Below, piece by piece: positions 29,932-39,995 of a stretch of DNA of 64,000 bases. Numbering within the stretch: the first letter of the stretch is position 1; every line of letters begins with the position of its first letter. The notes below the pieces were generated by a model. That model was not told the origin of the DNA and did not search any database. It worked only from the letters and a program-made list of their open reading frames with translations. Made by a program: the position numbers and the translations under genes. The DNA comes from an uncultured Acidobacteriota bacterium. Its GTDB lineage: Bacteria; Acidobacteriota; Thermoanaerobaculia; Gp7-AA8. The stretch is taken from NCBI GenBank assembly GCA_963741955.1, contig CAVUKB010000004.1:32001-96000 (forward strand). Direction: 5' to 3'.

Positions 29932-31169
29932 AGGCGAAGCGGCCGAAGATCCGTGACGTTCTCCACACCGCAGCGCTCGCGCTCCTGATCGTTCCGACCG
30001 CCGCGAAGGCACAGTCCGACCCGGGTGACCGCATCGACTTCACCTCTCTGCTTTACGGCGAACAGGGGAGAACCCAGGTCGTCGAGCCGCTGGTCCGCTT
30101 CACCCACTTCATGGATGGCGGCCAATCACTCTTCGCCGAGCTCGGCGTCGACGTGATCACCGGTGCATCGCCGACCGGCGCCGTTCCTTCCGGGCAGATC
30201 CAGACGCACACCAGCCCGTCCGGTCGCGTGATCACGTCGCCGGCCGGCCAGATCCCGACTTCTCCCTTCAGTGACCGCCGCTTCGGGCTCGACCTCGGGT
30301 GGCAGAAGCCGTGGGGACGCTTCGTCACTTCCAACCTCGGTGGGCACTTCTCGAGAGAGAAGGACTACCAGTCCCTCGGGATCAACGGAAAGATCTCTAC
30401 CGACGTCTGGCGACGTCTCTTCACGGTGACCGTCGGAGGCGGAATCAATCGCGACACCGTCTTCCCGATCGGCGGAACGGTGGAAGGACTCTCGCCGGGT
30501 CTGGTGATCAGTCACGACAAGAATCGGAAGAACGTCAGCGACGTCCTCTTCGGTGTCTCGCACATCATGAGCCGCCGATGGATGCTGGGAGTGGATGCAT
30601 CACGCACGTGGGAGAACGGGTATCTGACCGAGCCCTACAAAGTGCTGAGCGTGATGAATCAGAGCGGGGTGCCGGTCTCGCAACTCAACGAAGCGCGTCC
30701 ATCGACACGCGATCGCTCGTCGCTCCTGTTCAGCTCCGTCTACCATTTCACGAACGACATCCTCTACAGCTCGTATCGCTACTACTGGGACAACTGGGAC
30801 CTCCGGTCCCACACACTCGACCTGAAGTATCGTCATCCAATCAGTGACGACACTTACATCGAACCGCTGTTTCGCTATTACACGCAGAGTGCCGCGAGCT
30901 TCTACACCGCCGGTCTGGTCCAGGGGGCGCCGCTTCCGCAGTTCGCGAGCGCCGACTACCGGCTCGGTGACCTTCAAACCATCACCATTGGAGCCACGAT
31001 CGGCTATCACCCCGAGGAGAGTCCGGGGGAATGGACGCTACGGGCGCAATACATACAGTACGCGGGCAACAGCTCGCCGCCGGGCGCGATCGGGATCCAG
31101 GAGAATTTCGACCTGGTACCTCCCGTCAACACGTATGCGTTCTCAATCGGCTATTCGTTCAACTACTGA
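29922..31169 (+). CDS. DUF3570 outer-membrane beta-barrel protein
   Basis: DVITGAS, EKDYQS, GYLTEPYK, YRYYWDNW, RYYTQ, SADYRL; conserved gene context. Confidence 0.88.
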   Translation: MQLEAKRPKIRDVLHTAALALLIVPTAAKAQSDPGDRIDFTSLLYGEQGRTQVVEPLVRFTHFMDGGQSLFAELGVDVITGASPTGAVPSGQIQTHTSPSGRVITSPAGQIPTSPFSDRRFGLDLGWQKPWGRFVTSNLGGHFSREKDYQSLGINGKISTDVWRRLFTVTVGGGINRDTVFPIGGTVEGLSPGLVISHDKNRKNVSDVLFGVSHIMSRRWMLGVDASRTWENGYLTEPYKVLSVMNQSGVPVSQLNEARPSTRDRSSLLFSSVYHFTNDILYSSYRYYWDNWDLRSHTLDLKYRHPISDDTYIEPLFRYYTQSAASFYTAGLVQGAPLPQFASADYRLGDLQTITIGATIGYHPEESPGEWTLRAQYIQYAGNSSPPGAIGIQENFDLVPPVNTYAFSIGYSFNY

Positions 31170-31245
31170 GACGTCATTCGCCCTTCCCGTCGTCTGCATA
31201 CGGCGGGAAGGGCGTCGGTCATTTTGGCGATGAGGCGCCGAGATC

Positions 31246-32154
31246 ATGACGATGACACACGCGATCGACGTCGATACGAGAGTGAAACGGGTCGACGACT
31301 ATTACACCGGGACGTTCGAGGCGATGGCGAGTCCCTGCAGCGTCCTGACGGACACCGACGACCGGGAGGAGGCGGCGGCCCTCCTGGAGATCGCGGAGGG
31401 AGAGGCGAAACGCATCGAACAGAAGTTCAGCCGGTACCGGGGGGATAATCTCGTCCACGCGATCAACCACGCGAATGGACGGGCGGTCGAAGTGGATGAA
31501 GAGACGGCGCTCCTGATCGATTACGCGGCGACGTGCTGGACGACGTCGGACGGCAAGTTCGACCTCACGTCGGGGGTTTTGCGACGGGTCTGGAAATTCG
31601 ACGGCGGCACACGGGTCCCGAGCCGTCACGCGGTGAAAGAGTGCCTCCGTGACGTCGGATGGTCGCGCGTAACGTGGGCTCCGCCGGTTCTCACCCTTCC
31701 CGCCGGGATGGAGATCGACTTCGGCGGCATTGGAAAGGAGTATGCGGTCGATCGCGCCGCGGCGCTCATGGCATCCCGCACGAAGAGCTCGTTCCTCGTG
31801 AACTTCGGAGGGGATCTTTACGCTTCGGGGCTGCGGCGCAGAGGACGGAGCTGGGGCGTCGGCCTCGACGATCCCGGCCGCACCGGGCACGCCGCGCTCG
31901 GCCGGTTCGACATTTCCGCCGGCGGAATCGCCACCAGTGGGGATGCCCACCGATTCGTCCGTTACAGGGGAAAGCGCCTGGGGCACATTCTCGACCCGCA
32001 AACGGGCTGGCCGGTCGAAGGTGCGCCGCGTTCGGTGACTGTGGTGGGGCGCACGTGCATGGAGGCGGGAACTCTTTCGACGCTCGCATACCTTCAGGGG
32101 GCGAACGCCGGCGCGTGGCTCGAGGAGGAGGGCGTGCAGTTCTGGATCACGTGA
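31246..32154 (+). CDS. apbE: FAD:protein FMN transferase
   Basis: AMAS, FDLT, IDFGGIGKEYAVD, NFGGD, IATSG, HILDP.TG. Confidence 0.93.
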   Translation: MTMTHAIDVDTRVKRVDDYYTGTFEAMASPCSVLTDTDDREEAAALLEIAEGEAKRIEQKFSRYRGDNLVHAINHANGRAVEVDEETALLIDYAATCWTTSDGKFDLTSGVLRRVWKFDGGTRVPSRHAVKECLRDVGWSRVTWAPPVLTLPAGMEIDFGGIGKEYAVDRAAALMASRTKSSFLVNFGGDLYASGLRRRGRSWGVGLDDPGRTGHAALGRFDISAGGIATSGDAHRFVRYRGKRLGHILDPQTGWPVEGAPRSVTVVGRTCMEAGTLSTLAYLQGANAGAWLEEEGVQFWIT

Positions 32155-32393
32155 CGCGGCCCGGCCTGGCTACCGCCCTCTAGGAGTCTGCGCGATAGAA
32201 ACGTCCGTAGCGAGAAAGCGGAGCAGCGAGACCAAATTCGTTCGGATTTGAGGTGCGTCGCGCGACGCTGCGTGACGCTCCGCGTGCACGCCAGTGCACG
32301 GTCTTCCCTGGTTTGAACACGATCTTCGCCGCGGATCGGAGGATCCGCACCCCCGGACGGGCGGTGGACATCCGTCGATCTTCCTGGCTCGCA

Positions 32394-32483
32394 GAGCGAC
32401 TATGCTTCGGCGAAGTGGGATAATTACAGAATATTATTCTTCTAAGGCTTCAAAATACAGAACATTATTCTAATCATGGGTTC
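32394..32483 (+). other. AT-rich element: three 15-mers at 31-bp period plus an attI-like CTAA-N6-GTT end
   Basis: GAGCGACTATGCTTC (32394), TACAGAATATTATTC (32425), TACAGAACATTATTC (32456), then TAATCATGGGTT; function inferred only. Confidence 0.5.
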
Positions 32484-32562
32484 ACGCGGCGTGGATCGCA
32501 CCTCCTCCCTCTCCTCCGAGCTCGAATCTCAGCTCCCGATGAGCGATCCGATGGGAATGCCG

Positions 32563-35121
32563 CTACATCGGGAGCCAGTACGACATCTTGACGATGAAGA
32601 CGTCGTGAGACGGCGCGTCGGGGATTGCGGAGATGTCGTGCCCGAGTCGGAATTCGCCGCTCGGGGCGAACCCGGCGCGGTTCTCGTTCCACGCCACGTA
32701 CAGCGCCGAGCCGGGGCGGAACTCCCAGCGGAGGACGGCGCTTCCGCGGAGACTTCGCAGATTGAAGTCGGGCTGGGCGCCATTGTAAGCGTACGGCGCG
32801 TATTCGCGCGTTCGTGCGGCGAGCAGCGCACGCGGGTCGTGGTAGTCGCCTGCCGCGATGAACGGCTGAACGTAGAGCTGGAACGACAACCGTGAAGTCA
32901 GCGTCCAGTCGACGCGCGTCGCGAGCTCGAACACGTGCTGTTCGAGCTCCGCGAAGAGATAGCGGCGTCCGTACGTCGCGGTCGCGGCTGGATCGTCGAA
33001 CGCGGTGAGGTAATGCGCATACTCGTGCGAGCGGCTGTACGAGGGCTCGAGGCTCACCTGCAGATTGGACGCCGGGCGGGCGCTGAGATCGACGTCGACG
33101 GAATGGACGTACGAGCCATCGCCGCTCCTTTCGATCTCGCCGTTGAGATCGAACCAGAAGGTCTTGCGATCGTCGCTCTCGAGGCCGAGCTCGACGTGTG
33201 CCCCGCCGGGTACCTTCGCCAGCGGGCCTCCGCGTGTGAGCCGATCCGAGAACGCCTCCTGCCAGAAGTAGCTCTCGAGACGCGGCTGCCAGTAATTCGC
33301 CAGCGTTCCGAATACTTCCGCGAGAATGCCGCGCTCGAGAGTGTCGCCGTCGAAGTTCGAGTTCTGCCACGTTCCGACCCGCACGTTCCGCTCGCGGAAA
33401 CGCTTCGTCACCGTCTCGTTCACGTACTGCATCACGGCGTGCGCGGAGACGAGATCGGTCCGCTGCATGAATCCGACGTCGTTCGTCTCGAATCCGGGCG
33501 AGTACGCCTGAACCGAGACGATCGGGCGCCACACTCCCTTCGCGCGAGAGAGCATCGCCATCCCGCCCCACCCTTCGAGCGAATCGCGCGTCGGGTCGTA
33601 CTTCACGTGGCTGGCGTCCGGTCGCTGGTAATAGCGGACCGGCGCCGTCTGTGCGAGCGCGATCGACTCTGCGCTCCCTTCGATGCGGGTTCCGAGCGCG
33701 AACCCTTCCAGGATCCAGTTCCGGTCGCCGAACGTGGTGTATCCGTCGATCCCGCCGCTTTGCGCGCCGTTCCGCAACACCGACGTTTCTCCATCCTGCC
33801 GCCGGTCGACGGACGTGAAGATCAGGCCGAGACGCGATCCGGGCGCGGTCTCCTTCGTCACCCGCGAGACGAAGTAGTTCGACATCGGTTCGACGACGGC
33901 GCGATCGATCTCGCCGTCTGCGGTCACGAACCGTGCGTGCTCGGTGTCGGTCAGCGCATCGAGGACGCCGAGCGACCACCCGCCCGCGACACGCCCGGTC
34001 ACCTTCGCCGCGCCGAGGATCCTCGTCTGGGAAGGAACGTCGGCGAACGGAGAGTCGGGAGGGAGCTGCGGCGAGCGGCCGATCCGCCGGCTGTAGAAGA
34101 CGCTCGGCGGATCGATGAAATTGATATGCGAGGGAGCCGGCGATCCGCCGAAACTGAAGAGGCTCGCTCCCTCCGTGAAGAACGGCCGCTTCTCCGGATA
34201 GAACGTCTCGAATTCCGTGAGGTTCACGACGGCGGGGTCGACCTCGACCTGCCCGAAGTCCGGATTCAACGTTCCCGAGAGCGTGAGCGTCGAGGTGAGG
34301 GCGTACTTCAGATCGAGACCGGCGTCGGCGCTCGTCTCACGACTGGAGATCAGCGGATCGGCCGGATCGACGCGGCTGCGGAGATCGCCGCGCGTCACCA
34401 CATACGGCAGTAGCTCGAGCGGCCGCCCGCGGCGGATCCCTTCGATGCCGACGATGTCGGCGAAGTGCGAGACGAATCCGGTCTGTCCCTTCGGCGTGTT
34501 GACGATCCGCACCATCTCGTTCGTCCGCGTGGTTCTTCGTGTGATGTTGATGCCCCACACCTGCACCGGCTTGTCGGGGAAGCGGAGCTGGGAGAACGGG
34601 ATCCGCACCTCGGCGGTCCATCCGTCTGCGACGATCCGGGTCGCCGAATCCCAGACGCCGTCCCAGCTCGGGTCCTCGCCGACGTCGTTGTAGAGCACAG
34701 TGTCGACCTGCACGTTCGAGGGGTTGACGGTGAAGGCGTTGCCCGAGAGTCTGTCGAGCTGCGGATCGAGATTGATCGAGACGAAGTCGGCCTGCGTGAA
34801 GTTGTCACGACGGGCGAGGCGTGCGGTTGGCGGATCGGTGTCGACCATCTTCAGGCCGAAGTAGATCGCGTGGTCGTCGTAGACGATGCGGACGCTCGTC
34901 GGGAGGGTTGCGGGGCGGGTGTCGTCGGGATCGTGCTGGGTGAAATCGGTGAACGCCGGTGCCTTCTCCCATTGCGGATCCGAGAGGTCGCCGTCGACTT
35001 TCGGTCCGTGTGCCACGCGCACTGCGTGGAGACGCGGATGCTCCGGCCAGTTCGCGGCATGTGCAGCGACGCCGGTCAGTGCGCAGAGGAGAAGCGTTAT
35101 CGTTCGACGGATCATGGTCAT
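32563..35121 (-). CDS. DUF5916 / carbohydrate-binding family 9-like outer membrane protein
   Basis: Signal peptide MTMIRRTITLLL, VDGDL, GWTAEVRIPFSQLRF, NPDFGQVEVD, PEKRPFF.EG, FYSRRIG, RWEFRPGS. Confidence 0.88.
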   Translation of the reverse strand: MTMIRRTITLLLCALTGVAAHAANWPEHPRLHAVRVAHGPKVDGDLSDPQWEKAPAFTDFTQHDPDDTRPATLPTSVRIVYDDHAIYFGLKMVDTDPPTARLARRDNFTQADFVSINLDPQLDRLSGNAFTVNPSNVQVDTVLYNDVGEDPSWDGVWDSATRIVADGWTAEVRIPFSQLRFPDKPVQVWGINITRRTTRTNEMVRIVNTPKGQTGFVSHFADIVGIEGIRRGRPLELLPYVVTRGDLRSRVDPADPLISSRETSADAGLDLKYALTSTLTLSGTLNPDFGQVEVDPAVVNLTEFETFYPEKRPFFTEGASLFSFGGSPAPSHINFIDPPSVFYSRRIGRSPQLPPDSPFADVPSQTRILGAAKVTGRVAGGWSLGVLDALTDTEHARFVTADGEIDRAVVEPMSNYFVSRVTKETAPGSRLGLIFTSVDRRQDGETSVLRNGAQSGGIDGYTTFGDRNWILEGFALGTRIEGSAESIALAQTAPVRYYQRPDASHVKYDPTRDSLEGWGGMAMLSRAKGVWRPIVSVQAYSPGFETNDVGFMQRTDLVSAHAVMQYVNETVTKRFRERNVRVGTWQNSNFDGDTLERGILAEVFGTLANYWQPRLESYFWQEAFSDRLTRGGPLAKVPGGAHVELGLESDDRKTFWFDLNGEIERSGDGSYVHSVDVDLSARPASNLQVSLEPSYSRSHEYAHYLTAFDDPAATATYGRRYLFAELEQHVFELATRVDWTLTSRLSFQLYVQPFIAAGDYHDPRALLAARTREYAPYAYNGAQPDFNLRSLRGSAVLRWEFRPGSALYVAWNENRAGFAPSGEFRLGHDISAIPDAPSHDVFIVKMSYWLPM

Positions 35122-35323
35122 TGATGTCCCGTGGACGCGGAACGATGACACGCCGGGCGCGTCGGGGGCAACCGGGCCGGCGTCCATGAAACAGATCCGT
35201 GACATCTCTTCGGGCGAACGCTCAACGCTACCGGCCTGATCTGCGTGGCTCGATCGCGGAATCTCGTGTATCGTACGGAATCCGGCGCGGAGCGGGACCG
35301 CCGTTCTCCCGGAACGACGGACC

Positions 35324-36751
35324 ATGGACTCGACGATCGCACCCACCCACGCACCGGTCGGTCTGCGACCGGACGATCCCTTCAGCGAAGACACCGATCT
35401 GAAACGCGATCTCGGTCTGGTCGAATCGGTCTCGGTCGTCATCAGCCGGATCATCGGCTCGGGGATCTTCCGCACGCCGGCGCCGATCATGGCGCTGGTC
35501 GGCTGCACGTCCCTCTTCGGTCTCGTCTGGGTCCTCGGCGGGATCGTGACGATCTTCGGCGCGGTGGTCTACGCCGAGCTTGCCGCGATGATGCCGCGAT
35601 CCGGCGGACCGTACGAGTACCTGAAACTCTCGTTCGGGCCTTTCTGGGCGTTCCTCCGCGGGTGGGCGATGTTCTTCGTTTCGGAGACCGCATCGATCGC
35701 GGCGGTCGCCCTGATCTTCGGCGAGTACCTCAACGCGATCTGGGTGATCGTCTTTGGCGCCCCGTTCAACCGGATCATCCTGTACGCGGTCGCGCTCGGG
35801 ACGATCTGGCTCCTCACCACGGTCAATCTCTTCGGGGTTCACCTGAGCGGTGTGGTGCAGACGGTCTTCGGAAGCATCAAGGTGATCGCGGTGGGGGGGA
35901 TCATCGGCGTGGCCTTCACGTCGTGGAGCACCGGAAGCTGGAGCAACTTCGCGAATCCGCTTTTCCCTGCCGCCTGGACGGGATCGACGATCCTCGCGGT
36001 CGGCGCGGCGATGCGCTACAGCTTCTTCGCCTTCAGCGGATGGGAGGGAGCGACGTACATCGCGGAGGAAGTGAAGAACCCGAGAAAGAACCTCCCTCTG
36101 TCGCTGTTCATCGGCATCGGGGGAGTGATGTTTCTCTACCTCGGCGCGAACTCCGCGTACCTGTTTCAGCTTTCTCCCGCGACGATCTCTCATTCTCCGG
36201 AAGTCGCGACCCGTGCGATGGAAGTTGCACTCGGCGCGTCCGGCGGCATTCTGATCTCGATCGCAGTGATGCTGAACACGTTCGGCAACGTGAGTACGCA
36301 GATCCTCTGCAAGGCACGAACGTGGCAGGCGATGGCGCGCGACCGGATGTTCCTGGATGGATTCGCGAAGCTCCATCCGGAGTACCGGACGCCGAACAAC
36401 GCACTCCTCGGGCAGGCGATCTGGGCGACCGTGCTGCTGACATTCGCGATCCTCGCAAAGAACTCCTACGAGGTGATCATCGACTTCTTCTCGGCGACGT
36501 CGACGATCTTCAACGTTCTGGTCTTCGTTTCGATCTTCATCTTCCGGAAGAAGTACCCCGACGTCCCGCGGCCTTACCGCGCGTGGGGATACCCCTGGAG
36601 CGTCTTCGTGATCCTCGGGGTGTACGCGGTGTTCTTCGTGATCACGATCTGGACCGCCTTCATACCGTCGATGGTCGGCCTCGCGCTGACCGCCACCGGC
36701 GCGCCGTTCTACTACTTCAAGGTCGTGCGTACGCGCCGCCAGCGCGGCTGA
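35324..36751 (+). CDS. APC-family amino acid permease
   Basis: IIGSGIF, YAELAAMMPRSGGPYEY, FSGWE..EEVKNPRKNLP, RPYRAWGYP. Confidence 0.93.
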   Translation: MDSTIAPTHAPVGLRPDDPFSEDTDLKRDLGLVESVSVVISRIIGSGIFRTPAPIMALVGCTSLFGLVWVLGGIVTIFGAVVYAELAAMMPRSGGPYEYLKLSFGPFWAFLRGWAMFFVSETASIAAVALIFGEYLNAIWVIVFGAPFNRIILYAVALGTIWLLTTVNLFGVHLSGVVQTVFGSIKVIAVGGIIGVAFTSWSTGSWSNFANPLFPAAWTGSTILAVGAAMRYSFFAFSGWEGATYIAEEVKNPRKNLPLSLFIGIGGVMFLYLGANSAYLFQLSPATISHSPEVATRAMEVALGASGGILISIAVMLNTFGNVSTQILCKARTWQAMARDRMFLDGFAKLHPEYRTPNNALLGQAIWATVLLTFAILAKNSYEVIIDFFSATSTIFNVLVFVSIFIFRKKYPDVPRPYRAWGYPWSVFVILGVYAVFFVITIWTAFIPSMVGLALTATGAPFYYFKVVRTRRQRG

Positions 36752-36759
36752 GCGTTCGA

Positions 36760-38137
36760 GTGGGTTGGACGTCCCGTCCGATGCCCAGTGGGTTGGACGT
36801 CCCGTCCGATGCAGGGTGGCGTCCCGCGCCACCCTGCTCCGGGCAGGTTACGACGATCCTCCCGAGAATCGAGACGCGAACGGACCGCAATGTGAGAGGA
36901 ACGATCCGTGTGTGGTCGATGCCATCGCTCCCCGGCAGGATGCCGGGGAGCCTCGCGCGAGACGCGCGACCCACTTTCGCGCGACCCACTCCAAGTGGGT
37001 TGGACGTCCCGTCCGATGCAGGGTGGAGTCCCGCGCCACCCTGCTCAGGGCAGGTTACGACGATCCTCCCGAGAATCGAGGCGCGAACGGACCGCAATGT
37101 GAGAGGAACGATTCGCGTGTGGTTGCTGCGATCGCTCCCCGGCAGGATGCCGGGGAGCCTCGCGCGAGACGCGCGACCCACTTTCGCGCGACCCACGGTG
37201 GTGGGTTGGACGTCCCGTCCGATGCCCAGTGGGTTGGACGTCTCGTCCGATGCAGGGTGGAGTCCCGCGCCACCCTGCTCCGGGAAGGTTACGACGATCC
37301 TCCCGGGAATCGAGGCGCGAACGGACCGCAAAGCGAGAGGAACGATCCGCGTGTGGTTGCTGCCATCGCTCCCCGGCAGGATGCCGGGGAGCGTCGCGCG
37401 AGACGCGCGACCCACTTTCGCGCGACCCACTCCCAGTGGGTTGGACGTCCCGTCCGATGCAGGGTGGGTTGGACGTCTCGTCCGATGCAGGGTGGAGTCC
37501 CGCGCCACCCTGCTCCGGGCAGGTCACGACGATCCTCCCGAGAAATCGAGACGCGAACGGACCGCAATGCGAGAGGAACGATTTGCGTGTGGTTGCTGCG
37601 ATCGCTCCCCGGCAGGATGCCGGGGAGCCTCGCGCGAGACGCGCGACCCACTTTCGCGCGACCCACTGTAGTGGGTTGGGCGTCTCGCCCGATGCACCAG
37701 TGGGTTGGACGTCCCGTCCGATGCAGGGTGGAGTCCCGCGCCACCCTGCTCCGGGCAGGTCACGACGATCCTCCCGAGAAATCGAGACGCGAACGGACCG
37801 CAATGCGAGAGGAACGATTTGCGTGTGGTTGCTGCCATCGCTCCCCGGCAGGATGCCGGGGAGCGTCGCGCGAGACGCGCGACCCACTTTCGCGCGACCC
37901 ACTCCCAGTGGGTTGGACGTCCCGTCCGATGCAGGGTGGGTTGGACGTCTCGTCCGATGCAGGGTGGAGTCCCGCGCCACCCTGCTCCGGGCAGGTTACG
38001 ACGATCCTCCCGAGAATCGAGGCACGAACGGACCGCAAAGCGAGAGGAACGATTCGCGTGTGGTTGCTGCCATCGCTCCCCGGCAGGATGCCGGGGAGCC
38101 TCGCGCGAGACGCGCGACCCACTTTCGCGCGACCCAC
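36760..38137. repeat. Tandem array of six 207-236-bp palindrome-rich units (BIME/REP-like)
   Basis: Unit starts ~36788, 36995, 37229, 37464, 37700, 37936; GTGGGTTGGACGTCCCGTCCGATGC heads, hairpin GCTCCCCGGCAGGATGCCGGGGAGC, tail GCGCGACCCAC x2. Confidence 0.92.
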
Positions 38138-38251
38138 TGACGGTCGGAAACGGATTTCGTCACCGTGCATCAAAGATAGCAGCAGCCCCTCCGGGGCATT
38201 CGTCCGAGAATTCGTATCCGCCGATCTCGACGGAAGAGGGAGCGCCACGGC

Positions 38252-39799
38252 ATGAGCGAGGAGTATCCATCGACGAATCCAGTCCCGGAGCTCGCTCCGC
38301 GCGACACCCACAATCTGCGACTGCTGTCGAACGTTCACCCACCAGACTGGGTGAATCCGCAGCCGGCGGATCGATACAACCTCGTGGTCATCGGCGCCGG
38401 GACGGCCGGTCTCGTCAGCGCCATCGGAGCCGCGGGCCTCGGTGCGAAGGTCGCGCTGGTCGAACGGCACCTGATGGGGGGAGATTGCCTGAATGTCGGC
38501 TGCGTCCCTTCGAAGACGCTGATCCGTGCGTCACGCGCGATGGCCGACGTCCGCGATGCCGGCCGTTTCGGGATTCACGTTCCCGACGCCGTTCGCGTCG
38601 ACTTTGCGGAGGTGATGGAACGGGTACGCCGCATTCGCGCTGAGATCAGCCCGAACGATTCGGCGCGCCGCCTTCGGGACCACTACGGGATCGACGTGTT
38701 CCTCGGCGATGGCCGTTTTGTCGGAGATGACGTGGTGGAAGTCGGCGGCGCGAGGCTCAGCTTCGCCCGAGCCGTCATCGCCACCGGCGCGCGCGCGATG
38801 GTGCCATCGGTTCCCGGGCTCGCCGCGGCGGGCTTCCTCACCAACGAGACGGTGTTCAACCTGACCGAGCAGCCGGCGCGACTGGCGGTCGTGGGAGGGG
38901 GGCCGATCGGCTGCGAGCTCGCCCAGGCGTTCGCGCGCCTCGGGACGAAGACGACCATCATCGAACAGGGGAAACAGTTTCTGCCGCGCGAGGACGCCGA
39001 CGCGGTCGCGGTGCTGGCGAGCGCACTGGAACGCGATGGCGTGGAGATCCGTCTCGATACCAGCCTCACTCGCGTCGAGAGCCAGGGGGGAGTGAAGGTG
39101 CTCCATCTGAATCGCAACGGCGCGACTTCGACCCTCGAGGTCGATGCAATCCTCGTCGGCGTCGGGCGCGCGCCGAACGTGGAGGGGCTCGGTCTCGACG
39201 CGGCGGGCGTACGCGCGGGCAAAGGGGGCATCGAAGTCGATGACCACCTGCAGACGTCGAATCCGCACATCTTCGCCGCGGGCGACGTCTGCTCGCGCTA
39301 CAAGTTCACTCACGCCGCCGATTTCATGGCTCGCGCGGTGATCCAGAACGCGCTCTTCGGGTTCACGGGAAGGAAGCGGGTCAGCAGCCTGACGATCCCG
39401 TGGTGCACGTACACCGACCCCGAGATCGCTCACGTCGGGATGTACGAGCGCGACGCGAAGGCCCGAGGGATCGAGACCGACACGTTCACCGTCCCGATGG
39501 CGGAGGTCGATCGCGCCATCGCGGAGGGAGATGACGGCGGGTTCGTGAAGGTTCACGTGCGCAAAGGCTCCGATGAGATCCTGGGTGCCACGATGGTTTC
39601 GCGGCATGCCGGCGAGACGATCGGCGAGATCACTACGGCCATGGCCGGAGGGCTGGGGCTCGGCAAGCTCGCGTCGGTGATTCATCCCTATCCCACGCAG
39701 GCCGAGGCCATTCGCAAAGCAGGCGACGCGTTCAACCGCACCCGGCTCACCCCGGGTCGTCTCGGACTTCTGCGCCGCTACTTCAAGTGGAGGCGGTAG
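38252..39799 (+). CDS. Class I pyridine nucleotide-disulfide oxidoreductase (mercuric reductase-like)
   Basis: GAGTAG, GGDCLNVGCVPSK, GGGPIG, TYTDPE, HPYPTQAE; no C-terminal Cys-Cys. Confidence 0.9.
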   Translation: MSEEYPSTNPVPELAPRDTHNLRLLSNVHPPDWVNPQPADRYNLVVIGAGTAGLVSAIGAAGLGAKVALVERHLMGGDCLNVGCVPSKTLIRASRAMADVRDAGRFGIHVPDAVRVDFAEVMERVRRIRAEISPNDSARRLRDHYGIDVFLGDGRFVGDDVVEVGGARLSFARAVIATGARAMVPSVPGLAAAGFLTNETVFNLTEQPARLAVVGGGPIGCELAQAFARLGTKTTIIEQGKQFLPREDADAVAVLASALERDGVEIRLDTSLTRVESQGGVKVLHLNRNGATSTLEVDAILVGVGRAPNVEGLGLDAAGVRAGKGGIEVDDHLQTSNPHIFAAGDVCSRYKFTHAADFMARAVIQNALFGFTGRKRVSSLTIPWCTYTDPEIAHVGMYERDAKARGIETDTFTVPMAEVDRAIAEGDDGGFVKVHVRKGSDEILGATMVSRHAGETIGEITTAMAGGLGLGKLASVIHPYPTQAEAIRKAGDAFNRTRLTPGRLGLLRRYFKWRR

Positions 39800-39976
39800 C
39801 CCGCATTTCTCACACCATCTCTGCTGCGGAGGCGGATAGCGGCCTGTCTACTACGTTGCGCACAGCTTCGGCTCCTCGACATAGTCACCACTATGCCTTC
39901 GTCGCCGAAGCTGCGCGCGCCTCGTATCCAAGCCACTCTCCGCCTCCTCGCGACGAGACGGTGTGAGAAATGCGGG
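39800..39976 (+). mobile_element. MITE-A copy (177 bp)
   Basis: 15-bp TIRs CCCGCATTTCTCACA/TGTGAGAAATGCGGG; abuts the TAG stop of the upstream gene. Confidence 0.88.
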
Positions 39977-39995
39977 CCAGGCCCGCTCGGGCGAA

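Noticed and set aside
32484-32562. attC site or gene cassette after the attI-like core
   Set aside because: No RYYYAAC...GTTRRRY hairpin or cassette ORF is seen, and the bases after GTT (CACG) are non-canonical, so no integron is called.
36760-38137. CRISPR array, or the long ORFs spanning it (e.g. 35245-37671, 36765-38255)
   Set aside because: Inter-repeat segments are near-identical rather than unique spacers; the ORFs are stop-poor translations of GC-rich repeats.
38252-39799. merA mercury resistance gene
   Set aside because: Lacks the C-terminal Cys-Cys and mer operon context.
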